NCBI GenBank assembly: GCA_051294375.1 | Contig: CM119265.1 | Location: forward strand, 544,457 to 608,456 | Direction of reading: 5' to 3' | Length of the DNA: 64,000 nt | Source of the DNA: Paraspadella gotoi | Lineage: Eukaryota > Animalia > Chaetognatha | Shown: positions 13,253-25,484 of the stretch, one piece after another | Layout: every line of letters starts with the position of its first letter | Numbering within the stretch: position 1 is the stretch's first letter | Notes under the pieces: model-generated | The model's input: the letters and a program-made list of their open reading frames with translations, nothing else | Told to the model about the DNA's origin: nothing | The model's database searches: none | Made by a program: the position numbers and the translations under genes

Positions 13253-13593
13253 ACGGCTTATTGGCGATTAATCTCTGTACATAATGGTCATGAGCTGATA
13301 GCTTCACTCACTAAGCCAGCGGGAAACAACTTAGAAATTAATGCTTATTGGTGAGATGCAAGTGTAAAAGTGTCCTGTATAGAGGAAATCTGTAGATACA
13401 AAGTTAGGTTAAAGTGACTGAGAGTACAGGAGGTAACCAACTCCCTCTGACTGTAAATCTCCCCCATACTCAGTCAGTTAGTTTTCACAGAGGATCTTGG
13501 ATCATTAGGTTCAGAGATAAAGTGTGTAGCCAATGCGTAATTAAAACGTTGATACAAAAATAGCTTTATCAAAAGGTTATCGATATTACTTGA

Positions 13594-16500
13594 CTACAAC
13601 ATAATGTTTTTTTCCCCACCGTTCATGTCCGGCGCTGATGGTTGCGCAGTCACATCGGGATAAAGACTAAAACTGGCAAAGTTGTTGTGATTTTTTCTGC
13701 TTTTGAGTAAAGGCTTGGATGGAGAGGACGAGGGCGAAGCGGGGGCAGCTTTGGGGGCGGCGGCGGCAGCGGCTGGGGCAGCGGATGGGGCAGCGGATGG
13801 GGCAGCGGCGGAGGCGGAAGAGGAAGAGATTTTCTTAGGAAGAAATTCGTCGTCATCTTTGTTATTTCCAGGAGAAAAAGGAAAACTTGGTCCATTGATG
13901 CTTAATTGATTCACAGCTTTTTTCTGAATAAAAGATTACAAATTTATTGTAATAATAATAATAATTTTGTTAAAAAACGTACAGGATATCTCTTATCCAC
14001 TATATTTAAAAACAAATTACCTTGAAATCTTCATAAGTCTCCTGTCGGATTTTTACTATTAAATGTTTAGGAGCCTCGTCCCAGAATTTACCTTGAAGTG
14101 TTTGAAAGCCTCGTCCCAGAAACTTAAAATCTTTGTAAACCTCGTCCAATAATATTACTTTAAAATCTTTGTAAGCCTCGTCCAATAATATTACTTTAAA
14201 ATCATTGTAAGCCCCGTTCCAAAATCTTATTTTATAATCTTTGTAAGCCTCGTCCCAGAATATTACCTTGAAATCTTTATAAGCCTCGTCCCAGAGTTTT
14301 ATGATAATTTGATCAGCAGTAACATTTCCCAAATTGAATTCTACCAACATCATGATGAAAATACCTTTGGAAGGAAAGTCAAATTTACTAAAAATTATAA
14401 TTTACTATTATTTACAGATGTTCTAAGATTACAGGTCAATGTTTTAACGACACTATGTTCTAATGAGTCTTTAAACAACCTATTATGAATCTCCATGAAT
14501 CATAATGGCGATATCATGCCTCAACCTTTTTAGTATGAATGTTGGACATAAACTTTTGCCACCAGGTCTCAGGCTTTTTTCTCACAATCAGACTTAAACC
14601 TTTATTCTCTCCATCGGGCATTTTTTCTCACCATCAGGTCTTTTTTCTCACCATCAGGCCTTTTTTCTCACCATCAGGTCTTTATTCTCACCATCAGGCC
14701 TGAGTCTTTTCTCTGTGAAATCTTTCCACATTTCTTCCCAAACTCCGTCCTCAGTCGCTTGTTCCTTTCTGTGATTAACTTCCAAATAGTGAAGTATGAA
14801 TTGCGTCCGTGACGGAGTCCAAACGATTTTACGCAACCAAATCACAAAATTTAATGCGGTGAAGATAAGTAGTCCAAGGAGATAAAGTGAAACGATAGCG
14901 TAGATCTGGGAAAAAAGTTTAAACTAGAAAACACTAAAATATTATGCAATTTCATTATCAGGAAATGCAGATATAATGGGAGTTTATAAACAAGACTATG
15001 AAATTGGTACAACTAATATAAAAATTATCCATTCATTAAATAAATAAGCTATCTTGCCCCTGATTTTGCACGGGCTATGGTGGTTCAGGGCCTCCATCAC
15101 TCTTACACTTGAGATAATGACATATCAGTTTTCTGCTAGTTTTCTATCAAGACTCTCTCACAGTCTAGTTTATTCACCCCCAGAAAACCTGGCTTCCCTA
15201 TCAATGAATGTTTCATTTGTTTGAAAAGATCACTCCCTATGTTTCCTGATTGTACATAAACTGGCAGGGTTCTTGTAAGGTCATCTTGTAAGAGAGATGG
15301 AAGCCCGAACCCACCATAGAATGTCCAAAGTAAGAGGCAAGATAGCTTATTTATAAATGCATGGGTAATAGGTAATTATCATTTTGGTTGTACAAATTTT
15401 AAACATAACATAACAGAGATGCTTCCTAATAGGGTTTATATTAACCTTCCCGTTTTACCTTGTCATTGTAAAGATTGATTGGCAGGACACAATGACATGT
15501 GTAGGACAATAAGTAACCATGAAGTTGAGGTTGTCCTCTGAATTCACAGATGGTGTTGATTGGAAAACGAGGAGATTCAACCCAGTCTGTTAGAAAATTA
15601 GCTTTTTTTAAAATATGCCAGTCTGACAAATATTGACCTTTTAAACACTTTTATTACTAGTCACTAAGATTAAGGATAAATATGTATCCATATGTATTGA
15701 CCTGAATTAAAGACAACTCCTTTCAGGAAAGAGAACCCATGTTCAATGATGCTTACATGAAGGAATTTGTGTAAACCATAGAGTTGACCAAAACAATTAA
15801 AGACGTACAACAATTTTGTCTATAAAAACAGTTGAAGCCAAATTTAGATTTTAAATCAAAATTTATTAAAAAAACATCCATTGCAAAGGTTTATTTTTGT
15901 CTTATATTGTTTAATAATAGAAGTAATACAGTAATACGTTCTTAGGTTGTTTAAACTATAATCTTTGTTTGTTTTGAAGTCAGTAAACTTACCATTAAAT
16001 AAACAAAGCAAAGAAAGTTCCCGTTTTTCATTCCAATTCCAGTAATTTTCTGAATAATAAAATTATTAATTTATTACTTTCTATAATATTTTTGACTCAA
16101 TTGTTAGTTAATTATTACATAACATCTTCACAAACGGTTTCCCAGAATGATCTTACTTCGCTTAATACTCTAGCAAGATTAGATTGTTCACTCTTTGCCA
16201 GTTTCCTTGTCACTTTGATGTATCTTTTGAATTGTTCCGCCAAATCTTCGAGCAACTCAAGCCTTTCTTCCTTTTTACCCACGATCTCCTCAAGCCCTTG
16301 TGCGCCGGTCAAGAAAGATTTTATGTGAACACCTGAAAGAAAATAATCTTCATAAGAGATTGTTAAGTTTTATACTTTTATAATGGTGTAGCGATTGTCA
16401 AATCTGTAAAAAACTGACTTCATCACCATTCTTGACAAAAACTCACAAAAAAGTTTAAATTCATGGCGGTGACTGACTTATTTTTAAACTTTTAAACTTG

Positions 16501-17874
16501 ATATTGCGACTTAAAAAGTAGAATCTCTCAACTGATGTTTATCGCATTAATATTTAATTCCATTGAAAATGAGTTTCTGCGTTGGAAAGTTACGCGATGG
16601 GGAAACTTGTAAAATTGATGACACAAACCAGCATCTCTCTCTCTCTCTNNNNNNNNNNCTCTCTTTCTCTTTCTCTCACCCGAGTTTGAAACCAAGCTTG
16701 TCCAAACTAAATGCGGGGCGTAAAAAAGAAAAGCTTGCATCGATATAATGATTGGAATCCATTGATAATAAGAAACGAATTTCTTTGTTCCTTTTAATTC
16801 TGTTTCTCCGAAATCGTCGTCGTCGTCGTCGTCGTCGTTGTCTCCTCTCAGAATTACATCTGTGCTTTGAAACGAACGGAAGGCGTCGTATTTCGATTTC
16901 ATTATCTGATAAAAAATGTTTGGTATGATTTTTAATTGGAACATAATTAAACAATAAAAAGTCGATAGGGAAATGTATTTGTCCAGTTAAAATGGTTAAC
17001 ATGGTTGCTACAGTTACTACAGATGCTACAGTTGCTATAGCTGCTATTTTTGCTACAGTTGCTAGAGCTACTACATTTGCTACAGTTGCTATTGCTGCTA
17101 CATTTGCTACAGTTCATAAAACCTGATACGTAGACGCTGTCCAACAATATGCATTAACGTAATTTTCCTGGGCTTCTGAAAAAGGTAAAAAAATAAATAA
17201 TAAAATGCTAAATAGTGTAAATAAAAAGATTTACATATTTTAAAAAAAAAGTAACCACATCGAAAAGATAAAGTATTACTGACCTGAAAATACTGTGGAG
17301 TGAAACATTCTATCGGGTCACCAACAAATTGTTTTAGACCCAAAAAAATGAGAATAATTAAGAAGAGGATGACTGTGTATTGGCGATTGCTCGGTCCACT
17401 CCATCGTCGATGGCAGCGTCCTGTGGGGCAAAGTTGGTTAACTAATTCATTAATCATTTACTAATTATTACAAAGTCACTACATATATTACAGACTAATA
17501 AGAAATAAATTAATAATTATGCTACAGATTTTTAGAAATCCGCTGCTTGATTATAGCTTACCTTATTTAGTTTGACAATATGTTACTTTTAGAAATTTAG
17601 TTTTATAGATATTGATTAATACGTGATATATTTATTTACAATTTTTTTAACTTAGTAATTGTAAATAATTTCAAAAGTAGTGAGTAAACCCACCAAATAA
17701 TATTTTCATACAAATTTTGTGATATTAACATTGAAATTTATCTATTTCTCAAGAATTACCTAATTTTAAAAATATAACTCAGAATAATAAGAATTATTCT
17801 GCAGATTTTATGTTAGCATAATTAATTTAATTCACCTCCATAATTCGATCTTTAAAATCCAAAAGAAAAGACAT
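13594..17874 (-). CDS. inx: Innexin, paralogue B, 11 coding exons (two 1-nt deletions in exon 2 as assembled)
   Basis: Exons 17874-17836, 17420-17284, 17175-17123, 16905-16680, 16332-16157, 16049-15993, 15819-15702, 15586-15459, 14905-14692, 14364-14267, 13923-13594. Same motifs as paralogue A ([13 protein letters not shown] start, [27 protein letters not shown]), with an intact hydrophobic TM1 YTVILFLIILIFLGLKQFVG. Exon 2 is 137 nt and needs 139 (missing a C near 17390 and a T near 17288). All other exons are clean. Confidence 0.9.
14016..14295 (-). repeat. ~36-bp tandem repeat of the inx-B exon-10 end plus splice donor (~8 units)
   Basis: Unit TGGGACGAGGCTTATAAAGATTTCAAG|gtaatattc, translating as [12 protein letters not shown]. 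Confidence 0.9.
14565..14700 (-). repeat. 20-bp tandem repeat of the inx-B exon-9 end plus splice donor (4 good and 2 degenerate units)
   Basis: Plus-strand ttctcaccatcagg near 14625, 14645, 14665 and 14685, i.e. CCTGATG|gtgagaa on the minus strand. Confidence 0.9.
14998..15400. mobile_element. MITE-like element with ~60-bp imperfect TIRs in an inx-B intron
   Basis: The left end atgaaattggtacaac...aaataagctatcttgcc is inverted at 15337-15400 (ggcaagatagcttattt...ttggttgtacaaattt). Other copies or ends: 39350-39526, 45835-46010, 45522-45611 (-), 56779-56937 (-), 35730-35800, 36110-36190. Confidence 0.7.
17003..17113. repeat. 9-bp tandem repeat (gctacagtt-like) in inx-B intron 3
   Basis: Directly visible. 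Confidence 0.85.
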
Positions 17875-18290
17875 TTTGATGATTTTTTTTATATTAAAAC
17901 CTAAAAAGAAAACAATTAAATATTAAATGTAGTTAACAAAATTGATATTATTACAAAAGTGATTTAAAATCTTTTATTATTTATTTTTTTTTGCTTATAA
18001 AGATTATTTCAGTGTCTTGAAATTAAACTTTCTTGTAAGCGGAATGCAGGACGCTTTCAGAAAGTAAACGAATTTTTTTTTAAACAGAAACAGCGACGTA
18101 AAAACAGAAAAAAAACAGAATAAAAAACATTAACAAAATTTAACTAAAAACAACTAAAAACAACTAAAAACAACTAAAAACAACTAACAACAACTAACAA
18201 CAACTAACAACAACTAACAACAGTCGTTGGAAAAACATTGAATTTTCTCGACTTCTTCGCTTTTAACGAAACAAACCGGTTTTCTTCTTT

Positions 18291-18337
<47 letters not shown>

Positions 18338-18725
18338 TCTTCCATTTTCCACTCCCTCTCTCTGTAGCAGGTTCTTGTTTCTGTCAATCTCTGTTGTTCC
18401 TTTGTTTTTGACTTTTGGCAAAGATTTTTTTCAATTTGACAAAAACAAAAGAATTTCAGCCAAAAAGGTCAGGAGTAAATAAGGCGTTGTGCCTCTATTA
18501 GGAGCTGAAGAGGAGGGGGAGAAAAAGGGATGAGAGCGAGTTTTAGTGAGAGAGGGAGAGAGAGAAAGAGTGAGAGAGAGAGAAAAAGAGAGAGAGACAG
18601 AGTCATAATTTCATTGCCTCTTCAGTTTAAGCGACGCAAAAACAGAAAACCTGACAACAAACAAAATATTGAGACGCCTTGGGTGAAACAGAGAGAGAGA
18701 GAACGAGAGAGAGAGAAAAATGAGA

Positions 18726-18785
<60 letters not shown>

Positions 18786-18902
18786 TGAATCGTAAGAAGA
18801 TTATTTAAATTTAAAGGTAACAGTCTTATTAATTAGACCAACTAATCAAACTAACTCACTAACAAAAAACAATGTTGTTACAAATATTACAGCAATGATA
18901 CC

Positions 18903-19030
18903 GTAAACTGCCTTGGGGGCGTGGAAAACCCTCAAGCCTGGTTCTAAGCCCAGAACCCGCTCTATGGCTGCTAGAGAGGGTTAAAGAAGTTGAGGATAGT
19001 CATCTTCAGTCCACTTTGCCTCTTATCCAC
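18903..19030 (+). repeat. Dispersed ~125-bp GC-rich repeat (copies 36195-36320, 38912-39037), unclassified, possibly a SINE segment
   Basis: All three loci share the pattern aaac.gccttggggg...tgg.aaacc...agcctggtt..aagcc...tggctgct...agtc.tcttc.g.ccac.t.g..cttatc. Confidence 0.7.
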
Positions 19031-19119
19031 GATCTTAATATAACAACCTAAAAAGATCTAAGCAGGAAATGAATCTGATAAAATGATAGATGTGGCAGGA
19101 AAAAATGATAAATTATGGA

Positions 19120-19560
19120 ATTATAGAATGATAATGATAGATTGATAAAATGATAGATAATGGAATGATAATATGATAATGATAGATTGATAGAATGATA
19201 GATGATGGTATTAAAGTATGATAATGATGGATTGATAGAATGATAGATAATGGAATGATAATATGATAATGATAGATTGATAGAATGATAGATGAAGGAA
19301 TGATAGTATGATAATGATAGATTGATAGATGATGGAAAGATAATATGATAATGATAGATTGATAGAATGATAGATGAAGGAATGATAGTATGATAATGAT
19401 AGATTGATAGAATGATAGATGATGGAATGATAATATGATAATGATAGATTGATAGAATGATAGATGGTGGAATGATAATATGATAATGATAGAATGATAG
19501 AAGATGGAATTATAATATGATAATGATAGATTGATAGAATGATAGATGATGGAATGATCA
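19120..19560. repeat. ~41-bp minisatellite (atgataatgatagattgatagaatgatagatgatgga...)
   Basis: Directly visible tandem array. Confidence 0.9.
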
Positions 19561-19857
19561 AGGTCAAGGTTAATTTTTATTCATTGAAAAAAAATCAGAT
19601 TTCATTTGAAATAAAAATTAGATTTTTAGCTCAAAAGTAGAGAAAACAATTTTTTACCGCTTTCCTTGTTTTACTTGAAGAAAGAAAGAAAAAAGCAAAG
19701 AAAGAGAAAAAAGGAGAGAGAGAGAGAGGTTTGTGTCTCTACTGTTTACTGTCTCGAGGGGATTTACAATGGGTCGAAGCAAAAGGGGAGGAAGGAGAGA
19801 AATGACAGAAAAAAAAGAAAGAAAAAAAGACAGAAAAAAATGAAAGAAAGAAAGAGA

Positions 19858-19905
<48 letters not shown>

Positions 19906-20365
19906 GACAAAAAAGCAAGCACACCAGCTAGCAAGAAAGGGAAGGAAAGAAAATACTGCTTGGTGACCTCAACAGAAAACGTTACGCGTTTACGCGAGCA
20001 AAAGAAAACCAGTAAACCGGAAAAAGAGTCAGTTTCTATTAGTTTAAACTTTAAATACTTTTATTGATTTTTATTAGTTTTGTAATTTGAGTTAATTTAA
20101 TGAAAAGAAAAACAGAAATACATGAAAGAAAAGAAATCAAAGGAAAGATATAAAGAAAGAACAAAAAAAAGGAAGGTTAGAAAGAATGATAAAAAAAGAT
20201 AGAGAGAAAGAACAAAAAGAAAGGAAGGTACAAAAGAATGATAAAAAATGAAATAACAAAATTTAAAACAAAAAATAAAACCCAAAAATGAACCGAAAAA
20301 GGAGAAGGAAAAATTAGGAAAGAAAAAAAATGAAGGAAAGAAAAAAGTATAGAAAAGAACAGAAA

Positions 20366-21206
20366 AACAAGTATGAGCAAACAATGTCGGATCTGCCCAC
20401 GATCATTATCGGTAATTATTAATTAATAACTATTTAATAATTAATTCAAGTTAATTAATTATTTAATTAATTAATGAATAATTTATTCAAACTAATTATT
20501 TAATTAATTAGGCAAATAATTAATTAACTAATTTGATCCGAAATGTTTATTTCGATTAATTGACTGATTAATTATTGATTAATTAATTGACTAATTGATT
20601 AATTAACTGATTAATAATTTGATTAATTAATACATCTTGCATTTACATTTAAAATAAAAAGAAAAAGAAGCATAATCAATTAGTGAAATAGGTACTTTGT
20701 TTTTTCCATTTAAACTCATTTTTATCAAACGATTCTATCGAAATTGATTTCCAGTTTAATCACACACTTTTCTACCCAAATACAAAATTTCAAGTCAATC
20801 GCCCCATCCACTCATGAGTAATTGGTGTTCAAATAGTGATATATATATTTTTTTGTTTTTTCTATTTAAACTAATTTCCAATCAGACGATTCCATCGAAA
20901 CTTCATATACAGCTCAATCACACACTTCCTTACCCACACACAAAATTCCATTCCAATCCATCCATCCAATCACGAGTAATTGGTGTTTTTTGCTAAGGTG
21001 GGACGGACGGACGGACGGACGGACGGACGGACGGATGGACAGACGGACAGACGGACGGACGGATGGACATCGTTTTTTTTGCATAATTTATCATAATTCG
21101 ATGTTCTGACATGATATAAGTGAGTGCCTGACAATATTGAGGGACCGACGGACCAACAAAGTGAATTATAGAGTCGGGATCTGCTGAAAGCAGAACCGAC
21201 TAAAAA
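20366..21206 (-). mobile_element. DINE-1/HINE-like non-autonomous Helentron, apparently full length
   Basis: Minus strand: T-rich start, 5' hairpin tctgc-tttca-gcaga, a (GTCC/GTCT)n microsatellite, internal ~160-bp tandem units, subterminal gcagatccga repeated near the other end, and a ...cttgttttt terminus. Homologous to 41250-41900, 43355-43735 and 27279-27905. Confidence 0.7.
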
Positions 21207-21869
21207 GTAAGGAGTCTGAAAACAGATTTCTCCCTGTGGGCCTCTTGCAAAAAAATAGGAGTAGATAGTAAAGAAGAAAAGAAAGAATAGAAAAAGAAGA
21301 GAAGGAATAAGAGAAGAAACAAGAGAAGAAAAAAGAGAAGAAAGTAGATAAGAAAGAAGAGAAGAAAGAAGAGAAGAAAGAAGAGAGGAAAGTAAAGAAG
21401 AAAAAAGAGAAAAAAGAAGAGAAGAAAAAAGAGAAAAAAGAAGAGAAGAAAAAAGAAAAAAATAAGAGAAGAAAGAATGCAAGAAAAAGAGAAGAAAGAA
21501 GAGAAGAAAGAAGAGAAAAAAGTAGAAAAGAAAGAAGAGAAGCAGAGAAGCATTTTACGGAGGAAGAACAGTTAGAGGAAAGAAAAGCCCTAGAGATTAA
21601 TTAAGAGCTCAAGAGGTACTTAAGGAAAATAGTAATTTAAATACATATCATATACATTAAGGCGGGCCAAAATAAATAACTTTTTATCATTAAGAGTTCT
21701 GTAATACAAAATTAATTTGTCTATTATATACTTAATCAAATTTTACTATCACTTTTTCAACTAGTGAAGCACAGAATAACATTGAAGCATTTAAATATTT
21801 ATAAATGAATAGAAAAAAAAATTAAAAATAAAAAAAAAATTAAAAAAATAAATTTTAAACTTTTAATTT

Positions 21870-22085
21870 TAAAAAACGGATTTAGATAGCCCATAAAAAG
21901 TTGTCTACACAAAGTATAATTCGTTTTTCAATATGTCAACGATCATAATTGGATTAAATAGAGAAAAAACCTGAAAAATAATAATCATCATCATCATGCC
22001 ATAATTTTTAAAGTTTTTGTTAATTTTAACTGATAAAACATAAAAATTTTGAAATATTGTAATAACAGCTTTTAAAAATTCTAAA
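21870..22085. repeat. Dispersed AT-rich repeat with an inverted copy at ~6640-6835
   Basis: cataaaaagttgtctacacaaagta (21891) is the reverse complement of tactttgtgtagacaactttttatg (6787). Confidence 0.65.
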
Positions 22086-22958
22086 TTCCTAAAAATTATA
22101 GTAATACAATAAACTTCAAATGCTTCTATGTTATTAACTATACATAAAATCTAGAAAATTTGTTAAATTTTGTTATATCTCGGAGTACCCTTAGTATTTA
22201 CCGTGTTCTTCCTTAATATACATAATATATATATGTATGGTTGCTAAAGAAGTAAATAAGATATATTATAGAATGTAATATATATATATAAAGTCATTAC
22301 CCAAATGGACAGTAGAGTGGACCGATAAAAATATTTTGCGATTGAACATTATTTTTTTGCTGCCTTTGTATTTTTTTAGCATAACAGTATAGCAAAATGT
22401 ACTTTTTTGGTGGTAAAAAAATAAAAAAAACTTTTAAAGAAAGAAAATTGAATGAAAGAAAAGTAAAAATAAAAGTAAAAAAAGAAAAGTAAAAGAAAGA
22501 AAAGTAAAAGAAAGAAAAATAAAAAAAGTAAAAGAAAGAAAAGTAAAAGGAAAAAAGTAAAAGAAAGAAAAGTAGAAGAAAGAAAAGTAAAAGAAAGAAA
22601 AATATAAAAAGTAAAATAAAGAAAAGTAAAAGAAAAAAGTAAAAGATAGAAAAGTAAAAGAAAAAAAAGTAAAATAAGAAAAGTAAAAAAAAGAAAAGTA
22701 AAAGAAAGAAAAGTAAAAAAAGAAAAGTAAAAAAAAAAGTAAAAAAAGAAAAGTAAAAGAATTCGTTTTCCCCTCAAAATCGTTTGGCCAGGAAAATGAG
22801 GCAAAAACATGGAGTCGATTCTTGTAACAAATAAAATTAGAGTTTTCGGTTATTTACTTTGTTGAATTGAAGGATAAAGAATTGAATTGACGGTAACAGA
22901 ATGGGATTGAAATCGGAGGTAAAAAAAGGAGAGAGAGAAATCACTGACTTTCTCTCTC

Positions 22959-23069
<111 letters not shown>

Positions 23070-23292
23070 CTCCGTCTTCCTACTTTTGTCTCTCCCAATT
23101 TCTTTACCTTTGGCGGCCAAAGAAAAAAATGGGAAATCCAATTCTAATGTCTTTCTTCTCACATCTTGCAAACAGAGATTCAGTCAAGAGAAACGTTGCA
23201 GCCTCTGTGTGCATTTGTAGCAAATAAAGCCTGAGTCAGTATGAAATAGGTTCAACCATAAAATGTAATTTGCACTTTTGAAATTTTACACA

Positions 23293-23332
<40 letters not shown>

Positions 23333-23443
23333 CTCTCTCTCTCTCTTTCCCCATCTCTGTCGCTTTCTCTCACACTTTCTCGTTCTCCCCTGGCGGCCAC
23401 TCCATGTGCAGTTTATGACCACGAATGTCCTGGACGCATTGTT

Positions 23444-23529
<86 letters not shown>

Positions 23530-24110
23530 TAAAGTAGAGAAAAGGGGGATAAAGAGAGGGAGAGAGAGAGGGAGAGAGAGAGAGAGAGAAAGAAAATAAG
23601 AAAATACCTTTAATTCTTTTTATTTTTTCTTCCCTAAATAACTTTTTCCTTTTTTTCATTCGCCAGATGTTAACCTTTTTCCTCATCCATGCTTTCTTCT
23701 TCCACCTTTTTCCACTCATCCACCAGCCCATTACCCCCGACCACCTTTATCCCTCCTCATTCCCATCCCCTTGCCCTCCACCTTCATCTCGCCTCCCCTT
23801 TCATCTTCAACCCTTCCTGAACAATTTCAGGTGCGAATCAAAATATTCATGACGTCATTCATCAAATTTACGCATATTTTTTTTTCTTTTTCTTTCTTTT
23901 TTTTCTTTTTTAGTTTCGCTTCGAGAGCTCGAGGAGCAACTTTATAAGTCACTTTTCGGTAAGTCTGTCATACGTTAAAAATGCGGATTTTCTCGAATAT
24001 AGTTGGTTGTTCATTTGTTAAGACAGGAAAAAAACTCAAATCTAAGTGACTGCTAGAGCCGCCTTCGGGAAATCCTAAAACTACAAAGAATAAAAGACGG
24101 AATTCCGATG

Positions 24111-24445
24111 CAGTGTTTGTCATAAATACTTGGGCTAAGAAAGTCAATAATTGGAACTTCCGTTCTTGTTTTCTTTTTTTTTATATTGCATTCTATTAAA
24201 TGTAAACAACACTGCTATCTAGGAAAAAAGTATATCACATAATTGTTGAAAAGTTAATTTATTCAATAAAAAATATATAAAACATGGGAAAAACATTCTC
24301 AATATTTGGTATGACCTCTCTCGGTATCGGCTAATGCGTTCATTCGTCTGGGCATTTTCTCGTACAGCGAATTAAGCTATGAAGGTGAAATGTTTTTCCA
24401 CACCTTTAAAGCGATTCTTTTCAGATGTTAGGCGTCTTTCCCTCT
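24111..24445 (-). mobile_element. Tc1/mariner remnant: transposase C-terminus, poly(A) signal and right TIR
   Basis: The minus strand reads HLKRIALKVWKNISPS*LNSLYEKMPRRMNALADTERGHTKY* (stop 24301-24299), matching the Tc1 end W..I....L..L...MP.R..A.....G..TKY. AATAAA follows near 24260 and a CAGTG-type terminus sits at 24111. Confidence 0.75.
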
Positions 24446-24934
24446 TTTCTGAGAGCTAAAATAGTACCTTTCTGAACCAAAGAGAGGTTCGCTTCATTAG
24501 ACATTCCCAAATTTAAAAAAAAATATTACTAACTCAAATCGAACCAAAAACAAAAATTTTTATACCAAAAATGGTGGAAAATAAATATAATTTTTTTTGC
24601 CATTTTTCACTTGAAGTAGCGATATTTTTTTGCCTCTCACTCCTAAACGATTTGACCTACAAAAAATGGATGGAAGCTAATGAAAGGGAATTTAATGTAG
24701 ATTCTGATCTTTTAAAAATCAAACAAGTTTTCGAGTTGATATCCTCCACTAAATATGTGATATACTTTTTTCCTAGTTCGTAGACAATAACGGCTATTAA
24801 CGTTGTCAAAGATACAGACTAAAGCAAAATCTACCAGGATGATAACAATGACGACGATGACGAGGACGACGACGAAGTCGACGACGACCACGAAAGTGAG
24901 AATACGACCAAAATCGTGGGCGCCTCTGGGAGAA

Positions 24935-24982
<48 letters not shown>

Positions 24983-25171
24983 ATGGCCTCTCTGACTCCC
25001 GGTTCCCATGCCAAGACGATTAACGCTTTGGTTCGAAGAAAAAAAAGTGAAAATCAAAGGAAAGAAAAATGGGAAAAAAATAGGAGGGAAAGAAAGATTG
25101 AACGAAAGATGGAAAGAAATATGGAATGAAAGAAAAAAGGAAAGAAATAAATGAAGAGAGAAAGAAGGAAA

Positions 25172-25202
<31 letters not shown>

Positions 25203-25484
25203 CAGAAAGAAATAAAGAAAACAAATAAAAAAGAAAAAAGAAAAAAGAACAAGGAACGGTTATTCCAAGGTGTTGCGCCGCATTACTTTTCTTTTTAATT
25301 ATCATGTCATTTATTCCTTATAGTTTATAAGATTTCTTTGGTAAACATAACCTTTCTTTTTCGTTGTTAGTTTAATAGTAGAAAAAACAAAGTTTTAATG
25401 ATTTTTTACAACGAAATATAATAAAAACAAATTTGTTGCAAAAAATCATTAAAACTTTGTTTTTTCTACTAAGTTTTTTTTTAA

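Noticed and set aside
18903-19030. Hammerhead ribozyme in the dispersed repeat (minus-strand CTGAAGA); also CTGATGA near 49395
   Set aside because: No stem II followed by GAAA and no closing stems could be built.
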